From Octopus vulgaris (Eukaryota): a DNA stretch of 64,000 nt. The notes beneath the pieces are model-generated. The model saw only the letters and a list, made by a program, of their open reading frames with translations. It was not told the origin of the DNA and did no database searches. Shown piece by piece: positions 53,616 through 64,000 of this stretch. Numbering within the stretch: the stretch's first letter is position 1; each line of letters opens with the position of its first letter. The position numbers were made by a program, and so were the translations under genes. Location: positions 88,412,001 to 88,476,000 of the forward strand of contig OX597821.1 in assembly GCA_951406725.2 (NCBI GenBank), in the 5' to 3' direction.

Positions 53616-54295
53616 GCAATAACAATAAGTGTTGCATAGTGCATTATAAATTAATATAGTGATTAATTTTTTGTTTTTTTTTTTGTTAATGTACTGACTG
53701 ACTTGGCAAAATGCTGTTAGTCTCTCTGCAGGCAAAAATTCATTATTCTTACTCTAATAGAAATCTAAAAGCCTAGAAACGGGTTGTATCTATATCGTTT
53801 TATGTGTACGTGAGAAGATAAAACCTACGGGGCAAGAAGAATACGCAGTTGGTACATAGAAGCAAAGATGTACAAGTATTTATAATTCAGTATAGGACGT
53901 ATATGTATTTACAATATGCACAAAGCTATGAAGAAATTTTGAGAAAGTTCCATGGCAAAAAAGGAAATCAATTGATCATGGTCACAAGCACCCACTTCCC
54001 AAATGGCAAGTTTATTTATATTTTACCTGATAGAGCTTGCAACCTGCATTGTAGCAAGCGTTGTAGTACAGATAATGCAAATCATTTCATCAGATGCAGT
54101 AACATTGGAGCCAGTCATTTCACATAGTTTCCTAAATGTTTTATCATGCCCTAAAGGAAGAAATTCAAGGTTAACGGCGGTGATATTTGAACTCAAAGTG
54201 GAAAGTGTCAGAACGAATAAAGTGTGCCAAACCAGACGATGCTAATTCACCTCTTTTAACATTTAGAATTATATGCATACCGATGTATGTATGCA

Positions 54296-54350
<55 letters not shown>

Positions 54351-54695
54351 TAGCTTTAAGTTAGTTAAAATATGTCTGTTACATATTTCAACTTATAAAG
54401 GAAAAATCGCTGCAGCTACTCAGGAGGAAAAAAGTTATGCCCTTATGTTAAAGTCCCCCTATCACCCCAGTGTTGTCCTTCACTCAACAACGTATTCCCA
54501 TACGCAGTGTTCCTGGCTCTTTAGCCTTCCCCATTGGGAAATAGCGATGAGAGATAAATCTGGGTAAAGTTAAAGCCGGAGCTTTAACTAAAATCAGTCG
54601 ACAACTTTAACTAAGTTACGCTATCAGACCGCCTGGACGGCAAAACAGTCAGTATCAGTACCAACCAGCGATTAGGCTTAAGCTTGTGTTATAAA

Positions 54696-55199
54696 TATAA
54701 ATGCGCCCTTTTTTAAAGACTAGCCAGGCTCATGGGCCCGTTTTCCCGGGTTCTATGGTGTATGTGTTCCCCACCTGGACGAGACGCCAGTCCATCGCAG
54801 CGTTAATCATTTTCGCTAGCTGAGTGGACTGGAGCAACATGAAATGAAGTTTGTGCTCAAGAACACAACGCGTCACCCGGTCCAGAAATCGAAACCACAA
54901 TCTTATGATGTTGACACCCTAACTATTAATCCACGGGCCTCCACATATAAATACTCCCTTTTAAAGCCTACCCAGGCTCATGGGCCCGGTTTCCCGGTTT
55001 CTATGGCGTATGTGTTCCCCAGCCGGACGGGACGCCGGTCCATCGCAGCGTTACTTATTTTAGCCAGTTGAGTGGACTGGAGCAACGTGAAATGAAGTGT
55101 TTTGCTCAAGAATACAACGCATCGCCCGGTCCAGGAATCGAAACCACAATCTTACGATCATGGTGCTGACACCCTAACCACTAAACCACGCGCCTCCAC
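54696..55199 (-). mobile_element. Tandem dimer of a about 250-bp tRNA-derived SINE (head related to family 3)
   Basis: Units 54696-54945 and 54946-55199; head gtggaggcgcgtggtttagtggttagggtg...GGTTTCGATTCC. Confidence 0.85.
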
Positions 55200-55659
55200 T
55201 AAGCGAGTATTACAGCTGTTAAAATATATTTGTGACATTTCAAATTCTAAAAGCAAATTCGCTGCAGTTACCGCGGATAAAATATTCTCACTTATGACAA
55301 AAGGCGCAAGAACACCATATCTACCTAGGGTGCCTCCTATCGGATTCCCAGACGCAGAGTTTCTGGATCTTTACCATTCCTCATTGATATACATGTATAT
55401 ACATTGGCTTAACATATAAGAGTACACTCGAACGTTCGAGGACCCTTTCTGCGGAAAAGTCTAGAAAAGAAATATATCCGCTGAAACAGAACTATTGGTA
55501 GGACAGTGAGCGATGAATTCGGTATTCATGGTTGAGGCATTATAATACAGAAATATATTGGATAGCCCAACATGCTTTTACACATGTTGACTAGGGGGAA
55601 GAAACAGAGAAAGCTCCGAATGTACATGAATGGATTAAATATCAATCTACATGCATGTA

Positions 55660-56150
55660 TTGGGTTGTCCGGTAAGTTCGTGCCGATATTTAAAGGAAAG
55701 AAAATGGTCAATAAATATTTGCCATTACATTTTTAATCAACCAAATATGAACCATTTCGTTGCACAATGCGTCTCCACCTTTCCTATAACTTGAAAATAT
55801 CCTCTTCCCAGAATTGAGGTGGCTTCATGGCAAATAATTCATCAAGGTATCTTTTTACGTCATCCAAGGAATTGACATTTTTACCATTAAGACTATTCTA
55901 AAGAGACCTGAATAAGTGGAAATCCGAAGGAGCAATATCTGGTGAATATGGAGGGTGGAGTAGCACATCCCAGCCGAGCTGCAGCAATTTTTTGTCTGGT
56001 TCCCAAAGCTTCAAGTACAGAAAATGAACTTTCTTATCTTCCATTTTAAAGGGTTCCAGAATTAACACAGGTTATAGGAACATAAACCTTCTTCCACGAA
56101 AAGATAGCTTAAACTGTACTCTAAATGGAAGTGTAGTTAAATCCTATTTT
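55660..56150 (-). mobile_element. Internally deleted mariner
   Basis: GWDVLLHPPYSPDIAPSDFHLFRSL; TA plus ttgggttgtccggtaagtt terminus; start MEDKKVHF. Confidence 0.85.
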
Positions 56151-56311
56151 ATGGACTCAACCATGTTCTAAAATAAGTCGAAAGGTAAGCTACTATAAAT
56201 AGGCCAGAACTTTCCAGACAAACCAATATTTTATTCAAGGTTTTACGTAACTGTGATCCCTGATACATAGATACATACATACATACATACATACATACAT
56301 ACATACATACA

Positions 56312-56345
<34 letters not shown>

Positions 56346-56364
56346 CATACGTACATTTTAGTTT

Positions 56365-56745
56365 ATCCTTTTGCTTGTTTCAGACATTTGATTGCGTCCA
56401 TACTGGAGCGTCCTTGAAGTGGTTTTAGCTGAACAAGTCGAGCCCAGGATTTTGTTTATTAAGTCTGGTACTTATTCTATTGAATTCCTTTGCCGAACCG
56501 CTATGTTACGAGAACGTAAACACACCATCACTGGGTGACAAACAGTGATGGTGGGGACAAACAAACACAAAGGTACACACACGTAGATATATACATGTAT
56601 ATATATTTATATATACGTACATATTTTAGGGGCTTCTTTCAGTTCCCGCCAATCAAATCTGCTCACAAGGCTTTGGTCGGCCGAGGATATAGCAGCCACG
56701 CAGTGGGACTGCACTTGAAAGCATGTGGTTGGGAAGCAAGCTTTT
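56365..56745 (-). mobile_element. Decayed SINE family 1
   Basis: Degenerate reverse-complement match. Confidence 0.75.
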
Positions 56746-57104
56746 TAAACCCCCCCCCCCCCCCACATATATATATATATAATCTTACGTTTGCAATGCT
56801 GTAGCATACCACCATGTGGTTCTTACGCTATTTGCATATCATCATACGCTGGCGATTCAGTACATCTTCTGTCTGATTAAGGTACGTGATGAGGATAAGT
56901 ACAAAAATGGTCCAATATCGGTATCTGTCTCTCCTGCATGGGACTGGAGGTGACTCGCCTGCATGACTTTCAGGTATTTTAACAACCAATAGTTGTCCCC
57001 CCAAATTGCTATTCCGCAACGAACCGGCGAACAAGCAACACTCATACATTTAGTATGTGCGGTCGATAATATTTGCAACACCAACACTGCCTTTAATTCA
57101 CAAA

Positions 57105-57140
<36 letters not shown>

Positions 57141-57143
<3 letters not shown>

Positions 57144-57340
57144 GGAAAGTTTGCGAAAATAAACAAAACACGAAGACAGGTGGTGTACAAAACAAACAGA
57201 TGTATTAGTATAGCGCTCAGGAATAGAAAAAGTATTTTACGTTTCGAGCTTACGCTCTTCTACAGAAGGGTACACAGAAAAAAACAAGGAGAGAAACAAG
57301 GAGAGAAAAAATGTGTGTAGTGGCTAACTATCTATCATGG
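57141..57340 (-). mobile_element. Family A PLE-like repeat with minimal HHR-like motif
   Basis: Matches 689-862; CTGTAGA AGAGC GTAA GCTC GAAAC GTA; (TA)n both sides. Confidence 0.7.
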
Positions 57341-57563
57341 CACCTATATATATATATATATATGTATATAAAAATTTTTAGGCGCATATCTGCATCTTGC
57401 ATCTTCACCGTTTCACGAATCTGTATTTTGAACAGCGCTAAAGTAGAGCACGTTATTTAAGGTATGTGCAGTGCTACAGTGCCGGGAAACCCGTGCTTAT
57501 GAAGCAAAATACTTCATTTGTTGGGATGTTTGTGTGTGCTTATGTATGCATGCATATGTGTCA

Positions 57564-57594
<31 letters not shown>

Positions 57595-57767
57595 GTTTGT
57601 GCATATACATTTTTGTGTATATATATATAATATGTACATGGCATACTTAATATACACAAATGCAATCACATTCATCATTCATACAAATCACTTAACACAT
57701 AGATATTCACGAATAGAAATATTTAAATAATCAAGCAACAACACGAGTGTGTATGTATGTATGCATG

Positions 57768-57814
<47 letters not shown>

Positions 57815-58239
57815 TTAGGCACACAGAGAAACACCTTCACTCAACATCAAGATAGATTAACACAGACACATATACACAAACATTTATACCCCAACATCCA
57901 ACTCATTTAATTTTATGATCATTGAGTGACTGACGCCGATCTGATATTTGTGTATATGAATGTATACAGGGATAGCTAACACTGTTCAACCATGGCATCA
58001 GAACAACAATGTCAACACCAAAAACTAACCACAACAAAAAAATATAATAAATAAAAGACACAACAAAAGCCCAATATCGCCTTACCCTCCTAGCCTACAC
58101 GTACCTCTCTATTCGGATCGATATGTTTTATGTGAGGACTGTGACAACATCAAGTGGATGCAATCAGACTGAAAGGACATAGCTGTAGATTATTTTCTTT
58201 AATTTCCTCTGGGAGTGTATCCAGATATGGCGATATACA

Positions 58240-58391
58240 TTTATATATATATGACACCATGTATGTATATATATATGTATATATATACATATATATATAT
58301 ATATGTATATATATGTATGTATATTTATATATATATGTATGTATGTATATATATATACATATATATTCATATGTATAAATGTATATTATAC

Positions 58392-58442
<51 letters not shown>

Positions 58443-58547
58443 TATATATTAATATGTATAAATGTATATACATATATATATATATATGTATATATATATA
58501 TGTATATATATATGTACGTATATATACATTTATAAATATGAATACAA

Positions 58548-58595
<48 letters not shown>

Positions 58596-58624
58596 GTATG
58601 TATATACATTTATACATATCAATA

Positions 58625-58683
<59 letters not shown>

Positions 58684-59044
58684 TCATATATATGAAGTGT
58701 GTGTTCGCATATATATATATATATATATAATTGTATATACACGTGCGGGTATGTGTGTATGTGTGTGTGTATGTGTGTATGTGTATTATACATTCTATAT
58801 GTGTTTGTGATTTTTTAAATATAATATTACTGCTGATTTATTATATTCCTCATCGCTATCATCATTATCAGAGGCATCTGCATCAGATGTAACAATATCA
58901 TTTAATTTTTTTTTTTTTACATCAGGCAAGGCATAAATATACGTACAAATATATAATACATATCCATGCAAAAATGTTACTTATGCATACATACTCACAC
59001 ACATTTCGGTATACGTACATAGGTAAATATATAACCACATATAG

Positions 59045-59103
<59 letters not shown>

Positions 59104-59140
59104 CTCTAAATTATTTTATATATATATATATATATGTATA

Positions 59141-59172
<32 letters not shown>

Positions 59173-59352
59173 ACTTATAAAATATATGTAACTTATATTT
59201 TATATATATATATATATATATGCACTCGACTGCACATACAAATGCAGACACATACATACATGCATACATACATATATACATACATACATATATCCATACA
59301 TACATACATACATATATACATACATACGTGCATACATACATACGTATATACA

Positions 59353-59386
<34 letters not shown>

Positions 59387-59415
59387 CATACATACATACA
59401 TACATACATACATAC
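58240..59415. repeat. Compound (TA)n/(TACA)n low-complexity region
   Basis: Direct observation; similar tracts occur throughout the window. Confidence 0.9.
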
Positions 59416-59799
59416 GCGCACAACTACCCCTCACCGACATTCTCACTTATTCATTCGAATCCTGTTCTGATCCTCCGTATCGCTCAAAGTTTCACATCAG
59501 TGGAATTTACCACATAAAATATAAGTATTTATTTATTTAGTTATTTATTCATAAATTTATTTACTCGCTGTCTATTCTGGAGCAATCTTCCAATGTTTTG
59601 TGAGGTAAGTTATAGTTTATGCTTGACTGAATCTGGTTTATAACTACACAGCTTTGTTTATTTTTCTTTTCTTTCATAGTTGTTTGTGACTTCTGTCAAG
59701 TTGAGAAGCAGGTCTGCAGCAACACCAGCAACAGAAGCGGCGGTTACAATAGTAACTAGTAGAAGTTCTAGTGATGGTGGTGGTGTTGGCGGTTTGCGT

Positions 59800-60190
<391 letters not shown>

Positions 60191-60582
60191 TGGTGTGAAA
60201 TTTTCTTTGTGATTTCTGCTTCTGTTGACCTACCATACATAATTAACCAATCAATTGCTGGGAAACCTTTCATCGATCACATACACACTCATACACACAC
60301 TCACACACACCACATAGACTCTAGATTTATTCTGATTTAGTCTGGTCAGAAGCTCTGCTGTGTGTGCGCTTCAGCAAAAGTACACTTGTTATTTAGTTCG
60401 AGGTCAGACCTAATTAAGCAGATTTGTCGACATCATACACCGAAACCCAACCGTCCTCTTTGCTTCTAATATGGCGGATTATATCAGCCATTATATCCAT
60501 CATACAAAGTGGCTGAATGACACTGATGATTTGTGCTTTTGTAGTAAAGGTGTTGAGCTCCTGATCATCAGGCTGTGGGTTT

Positions 60583-61880
60583 GATTCTCGTGCCTATTAT
60601 CGTGATTCTCGTGCCTATTCTCGAGATTCTCTTGCCTATTCTCGAGATTCTTGTGCCTATTCTCGAGATTCTCGTGCCTATTATCGTGATTCCCGTGCCT
60701 ATTCTCGAGATTCTCGTGCCTATTATCGGGATTCTCGTGCCTATTCTCGAGATTCTCGTGCCTATTCTCGAGATTCTCGTGCCTATTCTCGAGATTTTCG
60801 TGCCTATTATCGTGATTCTCGTGCCTATTATCGTGATGAATTCTCGTGCCTATTCTCGAGATTCTCGTGCCTATTCTCGAGATTCTCGTGCCTATTCTCG
60901 GGATTCTCGTGCCTATTCTCGAGATTCTCGTGCCTATTCTCGTGATTCTCGTGCCTATTCTCGAGATTCTCGTGCCTATTCTCGAGATTTTCGTGCCTAT
61001 TATCGTGATTCTCTTGCCTATTCTCGAGATTCTCGTGCCTATTCTCGAGATTTTCGTGCCTATTATCGTGATTCTCGTGCCTATTCTCGAGATTCTCGTG
61101 CCTATTCTCGAGATTCTCGTGCCTATTCTCGAGATTCTCGTGCCTATTCTCGTGATTCTCGTGCCTATTCTCGAGATTCTCGTGCCTATTCTCGAGATTT
61201 TCGTGCCTATTATCGTGATTCTCGTGCCTATTCTCGAGATTCTCGTGCCTATTCTCGAGATTTTCGTGCCTATTATCGTGATTCTCGTGCCTATTATCGT
61301 GATTCTCGTGCCTATTCTCGAGATTCTCGTGCCTATTCTCGAGATTCTCGTGCCTATTCTCGAGATTCTCGTGCCTATTCTCGAGATTTTCGTGCCTATT
61401 CTCGTGATTCTCGTGCCTATTCTCGAGATTCTCGTGCCTATTCTCGAGATTCTCGTGCCTATTCTCGAGATTCTCGTGCCTATTCTCGAGATTCTCGTGC
61501 CTATTCTCGAGATTTTCGTGCCTATTATCGTGATTCTCGTGCCTATTCTCGAGATTCTCGTGCCTATTCTCGAGATTTTCGTGCCTATTATCGTGATTCT
61601 CGTGCCTATTCTCGAGATTCTCGTGCCTATTATCGTGATTCTCGTGCCTATTCTCGAGATTCTCGTGCCTATTCTCGTGATTCTCGTGCCTATTATCGGG
61701 ATTCTCGTGCCTATTCTCGAGATTCTCGTGCCTATTATCGTGATTCTCGTGCCTATTCTCGAGATTCTCGTGCCTATTCTCGAGATTCTCGTGCCTATTC
61801 TCGAGATTTTCGTGCCTATTATCGTGATTCTCGTGCCTATTCTCGAGATTATCATGCCTATTCTCGAGATTATCGTGCCT
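60583..61880. repeat. 21-bp minisatellite (GATTCTCGTGCCTATTCTCGA), about 62 units
   Basis: Direct observation; variant units ..TTATCGT.. and ..GATTTTCG.. Confidence 0.97.
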
Positions 61881-62137
61881 GAAATTTAGTATCAGACAAT
61901 TCTTGGTGCAGCACTATTTCCCTTTAGCTGTCACATATTTGATGTTTCGCAGGATTACGAGTAAGATCTCCGAGTGTTGAGGCCTCTAAACCATTAGTGA
62001 CAACTATGCAATACTGAGTTGTGATTTCTAATGTATTTCCAACTTCTACTGCGACAATAATGGTGGAAATGACCAGGAAAAGTGGTTGTCTGCATAGAGA
62101 TGGCATATTTTAAAATCCTTGGATATATATATACAGA

Positions 62138-62274
<137 letters not shown>

Positions 62275-62634
62275 GGAGAAATCTTTCTAGCATGCTTAAT
62301 GTAAATACATCGTTAAGGACAAATTTACTATGTTACTCGTTCTGATATCTCTTTTGAATCCATAACGCCGTAAATTTGATTTTCAGGGTGTATTTCGAGT
62401 ATAAGGCACAACTGACTATTCCATCTAATACTGTTTCAGGTGCATATAATAGATAGATATAGATTTCGTGAAAAGTTTGCATCTGCAAAAAATAGTGCAA
62501 CAAATGTCGCTGTGTATAAATCAATGGTTACTTCAATGACTATCTTTGGGCCTGTATCATAAGAATTTATTTTAACACCAATTCTGTTACGAAATTCGAA
62601 ATAAGCTACCATTGAAAGAACGTTGTGTTTTAAT

Positions 62635-62800
62635 AGTTAAGGTGTTGAGCTCCCGATCATCAGGCCGTGGGTATGATTCTCGTGCCTACTCTAATCAGCT
62701 GAAATTTAGTATCAGACAATTCTTGGTGCAGCACTAATTCTCTTTAGCTGTCACATATTTGATGTCTTGCATGATTACGAGTAGGATGTTCGAGTGTTGT
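62635..62800 (+). repeat. Unexpanded paralogue of the minisatellite locus
   Basis: Matches 60545-60600 joined to 61879-61979, with a single gattctcgtgccta seed. Confidence 0.9.
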
Positions 62801-63638
62801 GTCTATGTCTGTTCGAGATTACAGAGGCCTCAAAAACCATTATAAATGCTACCAAACCAGGCTAGTAGGTCTATAGGTCACTGGGAATATGCTAAGAAGT
62901 TTATAACTAACATATAACATTATGGAAAGAAGAAACATAGTTTACATCCGGTTTGTTGTCAAAAACCAGATTGAAGTGGAAGCTTGATGTAACAATTTGA
63001 AATTACTTAACAATGAAACGATTTTCATTTTAAATATGGTTGTTTTCTCCCCCACTTTTTTCGCTATTTTTTTTTCAGTTCGACCCTGACCGAAGAAACC
63101 TGCGATCAAAATCATATTTCTGTCAGTCAGTTTTTAAGAAATACATTGTTAGTCCGTGCGTCGTCTGCTTCAGACAGAAGCGTGTGATTTGAGATAGACT
63201 TCAGTGTTAATTTTAAAAACCAGTTTCGTAGCAAGGTATATCCTGGGTATTATAATATCTCAAAATGAGTCCTGCCGTCATTCCTTAGAATTTACATATT
63301 ACAAGCAAATTCAGTTTCTAATATACCGATGTACCCGGTCATTTTATAAAATGTATCCGACGAAAGATATGGCTCTGTATAATATATAATGACTTTTCAC
63401 GCGGATCAAAGTAACATATTAGCTGCCTAATGGGTAGAAGCTGCATATAGGAGTTTCTATGCCTAAGTAAATATGCAGTCGATAAAAGAGTTTTAAGCAC
63501 ACTCTTTCATGGATAATCCAGATCAGCAGACACAAGCATTCTCGCTTTTATTAAAAGGTAATCGTTCGTATAAGGTAAACTTAAATTTGACAACACAACG
63601 TATTTCACTATGCATTACATATGTATGTATATATATAT

Positions 63639-63708
<70 letters not shown>

Positions 63709-63813
63709 CATACCTATGTATATACACGTGTATATATCTATCTATCTATCTATATCTATCTATCTATCTATATTTATATAGATAGATAGATAGATAGATA
63801 AATAGATATACAC

Positions 63814-63872
<59 letters not shown>

Positions 63873-64000
63873 CATAGATATATTATATGTGTATATATGT
63901 ATATATACGTAACGTATATAAGTATATGTACGTAATGTATATATGTATCTACCTATGTACACACGCATATATAATTGGCAAAGTTTCTATCTTTTCAGCC

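Noticed and set aside
60583-61880. CRISPR-like array
   Set aside because: Contiguous tandem units with no unique spacers and no cas genes; eukaryotic context
60500-61889. Long ORFs of 451, 435 and 347 aa
   Set aside because: Product of a stop-free 21-bp (7-codon) minisatellite; open on both strands

Overview
AT-rich, microsatellite-saturated eukaryotic intronic or intergenic DNA. The SINE repertoire and repeat landscape most resemble an octopus/cephalopod genome (inference). There is no intact multi-exon gene, and almost all listed ORFs are microsatellite artefacts. Identifiable content: about 11 copies of one tRNA-derived SINE, two or three other SINE families, 3' fragments of CR1-, RTE- and RLE(R4-like)-type LINEs, Tc1/mariner relics, a fold-back element, a 21-bp minisatellite and one or two candidate exons. 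The main signal is a dense set of about 13 loci with hammerhead-ribozyme (HHR) or HHR-like motifs from several sequence families. Nearly all lie tens to a few hundred nt upstream of a (TA)n tract, and several form inverted fold-back insertions. One lies downstream of a Penelope-like GIY-YIG endonuclease remnant, which suggests a (TA)n-targeting, ribozyme-carrying Penelope-like element (PLE) system with non-autonomous derivatives. The window also shows several locally templated rearrangements and a minisatellite whose unexpanded progenitor copy survives about 750 bp away. All alignments and folds were done by eye, so boundaries are approximate.
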